Assembly: GCA_963823665.1 (NCBI GenBank)
Contig: CAWGMQ010000008.1
Coordinates: forward strand, 992,001 to 1,056,000
Direction of reading: 5' to 3'
Origin: an uncultured Planctomycetota bacterium
GTDB lineage: Bacteria; Planctomycetota; Planctomycetia; Isosphaerales; Isosphaeraceae
DNA: 64,000 bases
Shown here: positions 1 to 11,365 of the stretch, piece after piece
How positions within the stretch are numbered: the first letter of the stretch is position 1
How the letters are laid out: each line of letters starts with the position of its first letter
The notes under the pieces: generated by a model
Database searches by the model: none
What the model saw: the letters and a program-made list of their open reading frames with translations, nothing else
What the model was told of the DNA's origin: nothing
Translations under genes and position numbers: made by a program

Positions 1-1014
1 TCGCAGGCACAGATTGCCCAGGCCCAGGCTCGGATCAAGACGATGGAAGGCGAGCGCGCAGGCGCGGCGGCCGCTGTCAACGAGGCTGAGTCGGATGTCG
101 ACCGGCTCGTCGCCGCCCGCGATCTCGCTCAGAAACAGCTTACACGGGTGCGAAGTCTGGTCGCCGACCGCGCTGCCGATACGCGTCTGCTGGATGAGAA
201 TGTTCGCCAGCACGAGACCGCCCTTGCTGCCGAGCGGACCGCGCGGCTCGCCGTCACCACAGCCCGGGCCCAGCTCACGACCGCCAGCGCCAAGGTAGAT
301 TCCGCTCGTGCCGACCTCACCGAAGCCAGGGCCGCCGTGAGTGTGGCCGAGGCCCGGCTCTCGAGCGCACGCGTGAACGTTCATTACACAAGAATCGTCG
401 CCCCCTTTGACGGCGTGGTGACTCACCGCGCCTTTCACCCCGGTGCCTTCGTTCGCTCAGCCTCCGAGGGAGGCCAGGCGTCTCTGTTGACGGTGAAGCG
501 TACCGACTTGATGCGCGTGATCGTGCAGGTTCCCGATCGCGACGTCGTGATCGCGAGCGTGGGAGACCGCGCCGAGTTTGCCGTCGATGCGCTGGGAAGC
601 CAGACGTTCATCGGAACGCTTTCGCGAATGGCGGAATCCGAAGATCCCATCACGCGAACCATGCGGGTCGAGATTGACCTCGCCAATCCCAAGGGGCTCT
701 TGCGGGAAGGCATGTACGGCACCGCGACAATCGTGCTCGAGCCCGTCTCGCACAACCTGACCGTGCCGCCTGCGTGTGTCATGGAACATTCCGGCCAGAC
801 CCACGGAGTCGTCTACGTCGTCCGCGACGGCCTCGCGCATCGCATCGCGGTCGAGCTCGGCGCCGACAACGGCTCATTGGTCGAGGTCCTCTCGGGGATC
901 AAGCCCGGCGATTCCGTGGTGTCGCGGTGCGGCGTGCCGCTCGAAGACGGCCTCGCCGTCATCGCGGATCGGATTCCAGCGCCGGCCTCCACCACCACGA
1001 CTTCGACTCACTGA
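1..1014 (+). CDS. Efflux RND transporter periplasmic adaptor (MFP) subunit, 5'-partial
   Basis: Frame is open from base 1. Coiled-coil hairpin followed by YTRIVAPFDGVV, TRTMRVEIDL-N and LREGMYG motifs; lies directly upstream of an RND pump. Confidence 0.92.
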   Translation, partial: SQAQIAQAQARIKTMEGERAGAAAAVNEAESDVDRLVAARDLAQKQLTRVRSLVADRAADTRLLDENVRQHETALAAERTARLAVTTARAQLTTASAKVDSARADLTEARAAVSVAEARLSSARVNVHYTRIVAPFDGVVTHRAFHPGAFVRSASEGGQASLLTVKRTDLMRVIVQVPDRDVVIASVGDRAEFAVDALGSQTFIGTLSRMAESEDPITRTMRVEIDLANPKGLLREGMYGTATIVLEPVSHNLTVPPACVMEHSGQTHGVVYVVRDGLAHRIAVELGADNGSLVEVLSGIKPGDSVVSRCGVPLEDGLAVIADRIPAPASTTTTSTH

Positions 1015-4000
1015 CCTCGACCGGCGCCGAGCCTGCGCAGTCCACCGCACGCGTTTCGATCCCCGCCCCACTTGATTCTGCGCCAATTCGAACGGATCGC
1101 ACGACCATGAACGGCTTGATACGCGCCTCGCTCAAGAACCCTATCGCCGTCACGGTGATGATGCTGGCGCTCGTCGTGCTTGGCGGCCTGGCAGCAGCGT
1201 CCATTCCCATCGATATCCTGCCGGTCTTCCGCAGTCCCGCGGTGCAGACCCTGGTGTTCTACAGCGGCATGCCCGCCGCCAGCATCGAGAAGAACATCAC
1301 CGCGCGGCTGGAACGGGGAGTCGGCCAGGCGTCCGGCGGCCGGCGGCTGGAATCACGGTCGATCGTCGGCATCAGCATCGTCCGCGACTACTTCCGCAGC
1401 AATGTCGATCGCAGCGGTGCGCTCACCGAAGTGAATTCGCTCGCGGGCTGGGAGTACCCGACGATGCCGCCGGGCACCTTACCGCCGGTGGTGCTCCCTT
1501 ATGATCCCACGAGCGCGACGCCGGTTTGCCTCGTTGCGCTGGACAGCTCGACCCAGAACGAGGCAACCCTTTTCGACGTGGGGCGGTACGAAGTGCGCCC
1601 GCAGATCATGTCGCAGCCGGGGGCGATCGCGCCGCTCGTCTACGGCGGCAAGGTGCGCGCGATCATGATCTATCTCGATCGCGTCAAGCTCCAGGCACGC
1701 CATCTTTCACCGCTCGACGTGATGAAGGCCGTCGACGACTACAATGTCTTCCTTCCCGCCGGCAGCGCCAAGTTCGGCACGACTGACTACGCCATCGACA
1801 GCAACTCCATGTTCGACCAGGTGGGGCTCATGGAAGAGATTCCGCTTCGCAACGAACACGGCAACGCCGCATTCCTGCGCGACGTGGCGACCCCCAAGGA
1901 CGCCAACTTCATCCAGACGAACGTCGTCCGGGTCAACGGCAAGCGCCAGGTTTACGTCCCGGTGTTCCGGCAGTTGGGAGCGAGCACCCTTCAGGTCGTC
2001 GATACGTTGACAGAGAGCATCGAGACGATCAAGGCCCGATTGACCCGGCCGGGTATCGACTTGAAGGTGGTGATGGACCAGTCGGTCTATGTGCGGCACT
2101 CGATCGAGAGCCTGATCGAGGAAGGCATGCTCGGTGCCGTGCTCTGCTCGCTGGTGATCCTGGTGTTCCTGGGCCAGTGGCGCATGACGTTGATCGCCGT
2201 CTTGACAATTCCGATCGCGGTGCTGGCCGCCCTGATTGGTCTTTACGCCACCTCCAACACGATCAACGTCATGACGCTGGCCGGCCTCTCGCTGGCGATC
2301 GGCCCGATGGTCGATAGCGCCATCATCTGCCTGGAAAACACCCATCGCCACCTCGGCCTGGGCGCATCACCGGAAGAGGCGGCGTTCCATGGTGCCAGCG
2401 AGGTGGCGATGCCGGAGCTCGTCGCCAGCCTTTGCACACTGCTCGTGCTGGCGCCGCTGGCCCTCATGCCCGGGCTTGGCGAGTTCCTGTACCGGCCCAT
2501 GGCGGCCGGCGTGGCATTCGCGATGATTTCCGCCTACATCCTTTCGCGCTCGTTCGTGCCATCCCGGGCGGCGCGCTGGCTCAAGGCCCACGGCAACCAC
2601 GCAAATCATGCTCACGAGCCGGGTGCGGCGGCAGCCGATACCGGCGGAGAAGAGTCGTTTGCAATCGAGCCGATCGCAGAAAAGAAGACCGCGGCCGCCG
2701 GAGCGCTCCGGCGAGCTTTCGCGCGCTGGGAGACGATGATCGATGCCGGAATCGGCTGGTACGTTCGCCAGCTCAACCGCGCCTTGAATCACCGATTACT
2801 GGTGGTGCTGGGCGCGGTCGGGTTGCTCGCCGCGACCCTGGTCGTTCTCGGCCCGCGCCTGCGCCGGGAGTTCTTTCCCGAGGTCGACTCAGGGGCCTTC
2901 GAGATCTACGCCCGGGCCGCGAGCGGCACCCGGATCGAAGAAACGGAGAAGATGATCGCCCGCGTCGAGCAATTCGTGCGGGACAAGCTGGGCGACGACG
3001 TCGAGCTGGTGATCTCGGAGCTTGGGGTGGTTGCCGATTTGTCGGCGGCGTATACCCCCAACGCCGGCCCGATGGACGCGGTCGTGAAGGTTCAACTCAA
3101 GCACGAGCGCGAGCACTCCGCCCAGGAATGCGTGCACATTCTGCGGGACGGCTTCCGGGGCGATCCCAGTTTTCGCGACCTTGAGTTTGCCTTCGATGCC
3201 GGCGGCATGATCCGATCGGCGATGAATGAGGGCAAATCGTCACCGATCAACATTCGCCTCTCGGGCAAGAACATGAAACAGGCCCGCGCGATTGCCGAGA
3301 CGATGAAGCGCGAGGCCGTCGCGATTGATGGCGTGGTGGACGCGCGGATCATTCAGCGCCTGGACTACCCGGAGTACATCATCGACGTCGATCGCGCCAA
3401 GGTGGCCGACCTCGGCCTCAATCAAGCCGAGGTGATGAAAAACGTGGTGGCGGCGCTCAATTCGAGCATTCAGTTTCACAAGAAGAACTTCTGGATCGAC
3501 CCGGTCAGCAAGAACCAGTACTTCGTGGGCGTGCAGTACTTTGAAAAGGAAATTGACTCGGTCGATACGCTGCTCGACATCCCGATCACGAGCACCAAGC
3601 AGGAGAAGGCGATCCCCTTGCGGAACATTGCCAAGCTGCGCCGGGAGTTCGTGCCGACGGAGATCACGCACAACAACCTGCAATCGACGATCGACCTGAC
3701 GATGGGCGTCCATGGCCGCGACTTGGGCCACGTTGCGGCTGACGTTGCCCGCCTGGTCGATCGCTTCGGCGCGTTGCAGCCGAGCGGGGTCTGGTTTCCT
3801 TATGAACCCTCGTCGAATGATCCGAGCAAGCGAACTCTGATCAAGGGCGCGACGATCGAGCTCAGCGGTGAGTATTCGCGAATGCAGGAAACCTTTCGCA
3901 GTCTGGGCTTCGGCCTGATCCTGGCGACGATGCTGATCTACTTCCTGATGGCCGCACTCTTCAAGTCGTACGTGACGCCGCTTGTCATCCTCTTCGCGGT

Positions 4001-4144
4001 GCCGCTGGGTCTTTTCGGCGTCGTGACAATGCTCTACGTTACGGATACAGCCATCAACGTCCAGTCACTTCTGGGTGTGATCTTCATGGTGGGCATCGTG
4101 GTTTCGAATACGGTGTTGCTGATCGATTTCGCCCAGCACCTAAG

Positions 4145-5810
4145 TTCAGGTTTCGCACATTCTGAAGGCGCTTTGCGATCGGCCGAGCCGGCATTTTCGT
4201 GTCACTCGGTTGCTCGCGACGGAGCGGGTGCAGCTTCAGTTAGCCTGGTCGACGCCGATCACGCCACTCGGCTGAGAAGATCGGTGACCTGCGCAAGCCA
4301 GGTTTTTATAGCGCGCTGATCTAAAAGCACTGCGCGAGTTTTTTCTTCAAGGCTAACACGGCGCAGTGTGGTCAATAGATCAGCAAACGAGGGTTCTTGC
4401 TTCCGTTGATACCACGGGCGGATGGGAAATCGGACGAATCGATGTCCGGTCTGGTGGAACCACACTATCACCAAGCTGTAGAGCATCAGCGCCATGGGCG
4501 CGGTACGCCCGACCGCCTTCGGCAGACGATTCGCTGGGTCTTCGAGCCCCAGGAACTGTTTGCAATTCTCGAAGGTGCATTCAATCGCCCAGCGATAGGA
4601 GTACACCGTCAGAATTTGCCGCGCGCTCCAATCAAGCTTGGTGCAGTAGAACATCTGATCGGGGCGTTTCCCTTCCAGATCATGTACCAAGACGATCGTC
4701 AGCTCGCGGTCTCCACCTGCCTTGTAGTAGAGGGCCTTGATCGTTTTGACGGCGAGCCTGGCATGCAACCCGAACTGGTTGAATTTAAGTTCAGTCCAAG
4801 GTTGGCTGGGATCATTGGCCCACTGGGCCATGCTCGGCAGACGGGCACCTTTTTTTCGAGGCGCTCCTTTGCGTCCTTTCTTCTCGACGGGGGCACGCTC
4901 GTAAAGCGCACCCTTGGGATGGACATGGCTGATGAGATGAACGTTCGTCGGCAGATGCGACAGGATGCTCTTGCCCCCATAGGCGCTGTCGCCGGTAAGA
5001 AAGATCTCATCGTCAGGATACCACTGAGCTACCAAGTGGATGAGCTCGCGAGCCAGTTCAGGGCGAGTGCGATGATCAGGATTGGGTTTGCAACCTTTAC
5101 CCCGACCCTTCTTCCCCTTGGTGAGTCCTTGCCGATTGCGGTACAGACGCATGGTGATTGGCAAGGCGAAGACCTTGGTGGGTGCCCAAAACGGGTTCAC
5201 GACGATCAGGCAAAGCACGACCCAGTCGTGGCCCCAACTGACCAGCGACTTGGCGCGACTGGAGATCAGCGGATCGTAGTGCATGCCCGCGCCGTAGAGA
5301 GTCAATCCTCGTTTACGGCAGAGCGTGTCATCGACGGCCCAATACAGGGTAGCACCAGGCGCCAGGATTGAGCCGACCAGTTTGGCCAAGCACAAGGCGA
5401 AGTGATCGGGGTCCCACGCGGCATGACTGAAGAAGCGATGGAACCGACACCAATGGCCGTTGCCAATGTTACCGCTGGCAAAGATGAGCTCGGTCACGTA
5501 ACGATGACGGTGCGAAAGCAACCAACCCGTGACGATTTCAACGAAGGTCAGGAAGGTTGGGGTCGTGAAGACATCGGCGAATTGATGTAGCAGCTCAGTG
5601 AACGAAGCGGTAAGTTCCATTGGTCGGCTTCCTTGCCTGGGTGCCTATTTGGTTTGTAAGCCCCAGACAGGATGCCATACGTGTGCAAGGAAGCCGACAT
5701 CAATTGTCGCGACGCGGCTCTCGCCTTCCGGCGCGGAACAGGTCGCGACGCGGCCGAATCACGCATCAACGTATACGCGGCCAATGCCTGCGAAATGTGC
5801 GAAACCTGAA
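4145..5810 (-). mobile_element. IS701-like insertion sequence, 1,666 bp
   Basis: Perfect 17-bp terminal inverted repeats TTCAGGTTTCGCACATT (4145-4161 and 5794-5810; 22/25 when extended). CTAAG is duplicated at 4140-4144 and 5811-5815. One transposase ORF; visibly lower GC than the flanks. Confidence 0.93.
4259..5620 (-). CDS. IS701-family DDE transposase
   Basis: 453 aa with WAVDDT, TGDSAYG and Y-x2-RW-x-IE-x2-F-x3-KQ-x-LG motifs. Confidence 0.88.
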   Translation of the reverse strand: MELTASFTELLHQFADVFTTPTFLTFVEIVTGWLLSHRHRYVTELIFASGNIGNGHWCRFHRFFSHAAWDPDHFALCLAKLVGSILAPGATLYWAVDDTLCRKRGLTLYGAGMHYDPLISSRAKSLVSWGHDWVVLCLIVVNPFWAPTKVFALPITMRLYRNRQGLTKGKKGRGKGCKPNPDHRTRPELARELIHLVAQWYPDDEIFLTGDSAYGGKSILSHLPTNVHLISHVHPKGALYERAPVEKKGRKGAPRKKGARLPSMAQWANDPSQPWTELKFNQFGLHARLAVKTIKALYYKAGGDRELTIVLVHDLEGKRPDQMFYCTKLDWSARQILTVYSYRWAIECTFENCKQFLGLEDPANRLPKAVGRTAPMALMLYSLVIVWFHQTGHRFVRFPIRPWYQRKQEPSFADLLTTLRRVSLEEKTRAVLLDQRAIKTWLAQVTDLLSRVA

Positions 5811-6118
5811 CTAAGGTTGGATGAGAGTTTATCTCCCGACCAGGCAATTCGCAAAGCGGCGTCGATCCGCGCCCGGCCGGTAGTAATGACAGCCCTGGCC
5901 GCGTTCTTCGCGCTGGTGCCGATGGCGCTGGCGCTGGGCCGAGGCAGCGAGGCAAACGCGCCTCTGGGCCGGGCGGTGATCGGCGGAATTCTGGCTGGCC
6001 TGGTAACGACGCTTTTTGTCGTGCCGTCGCTGTATTCGCTCGTGGTGCGCGATTCGATGAGTGAAGAGGCAGCGTCGGCGTGAACCAATCAAGGCACGTA
6101 GTTGCACCCTCCGAGTCG

Positions 6119-6127
6119 TGCTATGAT
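6119..6127 (+). promoter_or_regulatory. Putative extended -10 promoter (TGcTATGAT)
   Basis: Matches TGnTATAAT with one mismatch, 25 bp upstream of an RBS-bearing ATG at 6152. Confidence 0.4.
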
Positions 6128-6151
6128 GGTTTTCCGAGAGGGGAACTCGAA

Positions 6152-6241
6152 ATGAAGACAATCACCGTGCAGGCCGAGGTCACAGTCGACCAGTTCCCGA
6201 AGATCTGGGTGGAAGCGAATTTCGCCAAATCAGAAAGATAA
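6152..6241 (+). CDS. 29-aa small ORF (MKTITVQAEVTVDQFPKIWVEANFAKSER), possibly a truncated gene
   Basis: GAGAGGGGA RBS-like sequence upstream; stop codon 3 nt before the next ATG. Confidence 0.35.
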   Translation: MKTITVQAEVTVDQFPKIWVEANFAKSER

Positions 6242-6244
6242 GAT

Positions 6245-6511
6245 ATGGCCACCGCAGTATCAATTCGCCGGGCGAAGCACGCCGAACCCTTCCGGCCATT
6301 CTCACTACGGCTCGTCGACGGGACTGTCTACGACGTGAAGCATCCCGAGTACATCTCCATTCCACCGACTCGACGGCCGCGGGAGGCGATGTATTACGTC
6401 CTCACGAACGGCGAAGGCGAAGGTTACCAGACGCGCTGGATCGATCTTAACCTGGTCATGGAAGTCATCGTGCCGAGTTCGCCCGACGCGCAGCGGGCGG
6501 TCTCGGAATAA
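6245..6511 (+). CDS. Small Planctomycete-type hypothetical protein
   Basis: PFRPFSLRLVDG-x2-YDVKHPE motif, recalled as typical of a small Planctomycete family. Confidence 0.75.
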   Translation: MATAVSIRRAKHAEPFRPFSLRLVDGTVYDVKHPEYISIPPTRRPREAMYYVLTNGEGEGYQTRWIDLNLVMEVIVPSSPDAQRAVSE

Positions 6512-6627
6512 CCGGTGAGTTCGAGTGGAACAGCCAGCCGCCTGGACGGCCGCCCCCATCTCTTCCCATGCCTTTCGATCGAAGAGCGCGAGCGCCTTGG
6601 CCGCCCATAACGTGTCAGACAGTCCCT

Positions 6628-8148
<1,521 letters not shown>

Positions 8149-8208
8149 TCGTTGCCGTCACGGTCCGCCTGGGGTTTGAGGATCGGCGATTCGAACAACA
8201 GGAATCTA

Positions 8209-9442
8209 CTATCGCAGCTTGTCAATCGCGGAAGCGAGCGGGCCGGCGAAGTCGCCGCGGCGCTCGACGATCACACGTTCAAGCCCGAGCCAGCCCGCCA
8301 TGGTCTTGAGCTCCTTCGCCAGCACCTGCGCCACCGGGCGGGCCTTCGCATGTGATTCGAGGAAGGCCGCTGCGACCACCAGCGTGGAATCGGCGCGACC
8401 GGACTTCAAATCGACGCGAGCGACCAGTCTCTCGCCCAGCAGAAACGGCAGCACATAACAACCCCAGCGCCGTTTCTCCCGGGGCACGAAGATCTCGACG
8501 CGATAGTCGAAGTCGAACAGACGCGCCGCTCGCGATCGGAACCAGATTACCGGGTCAAACGGCGACAACAGGCTTGCCGCGTCAATTCGCTCCGGGATGC
8601 GAGCACCCGGATCAAGGTAGGCGGGCTGCCGCCAGCCCTCGACACGCACTTCGCGCAGCTCACCGGCTTGGACGAGCTCGGCGAGCCGCGGTTGCGCATC
8701 GCGAACGTACATGCGAAAGTAATCGGCGAGGTCGGCTGCGGTCGCGATCCCGCAGCCGCGAGCGGCCACGCGCAGGAGCTCGCGCTCGCCGTGTCGCGCG
8801 ATCGAACAACTTTTCCCGGTGGTCCGTGGGGATGATCCGCTCGGAGAGGTCGTAGACGCGCGTGAAATCGCTTCGCCGATCGGCCACCGCGAGCGCACCG
8901 CGTCCGAAATGCGCTTCGAGAACGGCCCGCCCGACGCTGCTGAACCAGGAATGCTCCAGTCCGCACGCAATGCGGTCACGTCCCGGAAGATCGCCGCCGG
9001 CGATCGGCCCGCGCCGGCTTACTTCTTCGAGCACCCACGCGACATACTCCGGCTCGCTCTCGAGAAACTTCTCGAATCCATAAGGCCGCACCCGGTGAGT
9101 GTCCCTGCGATGGCGGAGCAGGGGCCAGGATTCGACCGGAACGATCGAAGCTTCATGGGCCCACTGCTCGGTGAACTCCCGCCGCCGGTAGACCAGGTCG
9201 TCCAAGAGCGACGTCTTATACGGCCCGAGACGTGAGAAAAGCACCTGGTACTGCGCGGGTGCAAGCACATTGCAGTAGTCGATCTGCAGCAGCCCGAGCT
9301 GGCGAATCACGCGCCTCAGGTCGGCGAGTCCCACGCGGCCGCCTGATCGCCCGCGGTCGAAGCCCTGCGCCGCGAGCGCAACTCGCCGCGCTTCGGCGGC
9401 GGAGAAATCCGTCTGATTCGTCTTTGATAAAAGCCTCGGCAT
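8209..9442 (-). CDS. ycaQ: YcaQ-family winged-helix crosslink-repair DNA glycosylase (one frameshift near 8800)
   Basis: N-terminal frame has ARRVALAAQGF, LGLLQID, SRLGPY and WAHEAS. C-terminal frame has LLSPFDP-x2-W-x-R, FDFDYRVEIFVP and GCYVLPFL..RVDLK. Confidence 0.85.
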
Positions 9443-9616
9443 CGAGTCGTCCCAACGCAACCGCTCCATACGCCCAAGCGACCACTTCCACGGTGCTGGG
9501 CCGCGAGCCGAAAGTCAAGCCCGCGCGGGTTGTCGCAGACCGCTCGTCCGGTGAGAATATTGCCGGCCGAGCGTGTGTGCTTCCCCAAAGAGTCGTTCCG
9601 GTCGCGAGAAAGCATC

Positions 9617-11365
9617 ATGATCCGAAAGCGCATCCGAGACTGGCTGCTCCGCTGGCTCCTGGCAGCCGCCGCGATCGGGCCGGCCGCCGCGTCTGCCCAG
9701 GAAGCAGACCTCATCCTCCACAACGGGAAGATCGTCACGGTCGATCGCGCCTTCACGATCTCCCAGGCCCTGGCCGTTAAAGGAGATCGCCTCATCCGCG
9801 TGGGCACCAGCCGGGAAGTGATGGCCACCCGCGGGCAAAGGACGACGATGATTGATCTGGCCGGCAAGATGGTCCTGCCAGGCCTGGTCGATTCTCACGC
9901 GCACCCAACCGACGCCAGTTTGACGGAATTCGACCACCCCGTGCCCGACATGGAGACGATCTCGGAAGTGCTCAACTACATCCGGGCCCGCGCTGCCGCC
10001 GTCGGGCCCATGCAGTGGGTGATCGTCCGCCAGGTATTCATCACCAGGCTGAAGGAGCAGCGCTACCCGACCCGGAGCGAGCTCGATCAAGCCGCGCCCG
10101 AAAACCCGGTGCTGTTCGCCACGGGGCCCGACGCTTCGCTGAACTCCCGAGCACTCAAGCTCTGCGGAATCGACCGCAACTTCCGCGTGGAGGGCGCAGG
10201 GAAAGTCGAGCGAGACCCGCAAACTGGTGAACCGACCGGCATCCTTCGCAACTGCGCACGTTATATCAAGGATGCGTCACCTGACAGGAAGCCCAAGGAA
10301 TCCGACCGCGACCGCAAGCTGATCGAGCTTCTGGCGGACTACAATTCGGTCGGGATCACGTCGATCATCGACCGCGATGCCTACCCGCCGGCGATCGATC
10401 GCTACGAGCGTCTGCATGCCGCCGGCTCGTTGCCGGTCCGAGTGGCCATCTCGCACCACATCGAGACCACCGGCGATCTCGACAAGGTCCGCGCCGAAAT
10501 CCGCCGGGTGGCAAGCCATCCGCTCTTCCGCGGCGGGGCGCGGCTCAAGATCATCGGGATCAAGACTTATCTCGACGGCGGCATGCTCACCGGCAGTGCT
10601 TACATGCGCGAGCCCTGGGGCTTGAGCAAGATCTACGCGATCGATGATCCGAGCTACAAGGGGGTGCTCTTCATTCCTCCGGATCGATTGAGCGCCATCG
10701 TCAGGGAGACCGTCTCGTCCGGGTTGCAGTTCACAGCGCACTCCGTCGGCGATGGGGCGGTCCACAACTTGCTGGACGCCTATGATGAGATCAACAAGAC
10801 GATACCGGTTGCTTCCACTCGGCCGTGTATCACGCATTCCAATTTCATGAGCCGCGAGGCGATTCTTCAGGCCGCGCGGCTGGGCGTCGTCGTTGACATC
10901 CAGCCGGCTTGGCTTTACCTCGATACGCGCACCCTGGCCGCTCACTTCGGATACGACCGCCTGCGCTATTTCCAGCCGCTGCGATCTTTGTTCGAGGCGG
11001 GCGTGACCGCGGGAGGCGGCTCGGACCACATGCAGAAAATCGGCTCGCTGCGATCGATCAATCCATATAACCCGTTTCTGGCGATATACGTCGCGATCAC
11101 CCGGCGAGCCAAAGGGTACGACGGGCAACTGCACCCCGAAGAGGCCCTGACACGAGAGCAGGCGATCCGGTTTTACACGATCAACAACGCCAGGCTGATG
11201 TTCCTGGAAGACCGGATCGGCTCGCTTGAGGCGGGCAAGCAGGCGGATTTTGTCGTGATCGATCGAGACCTGTTATCGTGCCGGGAAGATGAAATCAAGG
11301 AGACTCATGCGCTCGCGACGTATGTCGATGGGAAGCGCGTGTTTGGAGCGGTGATCTCGCCGTAG
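9617..11365 (+). CDS. Secreted amidohydrolase 3 family (YtcJ-like) protein
   Basis: Signal peptide; motifs LILHNGKI, PGLVDSHAH, GEPTGIL, HSVGD, GSD and GSLEAGKQADFVV. Confidence 0.92.
   Translation: MIRKRIRDWLLRWLLAAAAIGPAAASAQEADLILHNGKIVTVDRAFTISQALAVKGDRLIRVGTSREVMATRGQRTTMIDLAGKMVLPGLVDSHAHPTDASLTEFDHPVPDMETISEVLNYIRARAAAVGPMQWVIVRQVFITRLKEQRYPTRSELDQAAPENPVLFATGPDASLNSRALKLCGIDRNFRVEGAGKVERDPQTGEPTGILRNCARYIKDASPDRKPKESDRDRKLIELLADYNSVGITSIIDRDAYPPAIDRYERLHAAGSLPVRVAISHHIETTGDLDKVRAEIRRVASHPLFRGGARLKIIGIKTYLDGGMLTGSAYMREPWGLSKIYAIDDPSYKGVLFIPPDRLSAIVRETVSSGLQFTAHSVGDGAVHNLLDAYDEINKTIPVASTRPCITHSNFMSREAILQAARLGVVVDIQPAWLYLDTRTLAAHFGYDRLRYFQPLRSLFEAGVTAGGGSDHMQKIGSLRSINPYNPFLAIYVAITRRAKGYDGQLHPEEALTREQAIRFYTINNARLMFLEDRIGSLEAGKQADFVVIDRDLLSCREDEIKETHALATYVDGKRVFGAVISP

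Larger units (their letters stand above)
1107..6083 (+). pseudogene. AcrB/CzcA-family RND permease interrupted by an IS (5' part 1107-4144, 3' part 5816-6083)
   Basis: Starts MNGLIRASLKNPIAV..IPIDILP and contains GPMVDSAII and VSNTVLLIDF. Removing the IS plus one CTAAG copy restores the frame (FAQHL-RLDESLSPDQAIRKAASIRARPVVMT...APLGRAVIGG). Confidence 0.93.

Noticed and set aside
774..4319. 1181-aa ORF as a complete RND pump
   Set aside because: The true start is ATG 1107, and the last ~58 codons are read-through into the IS.
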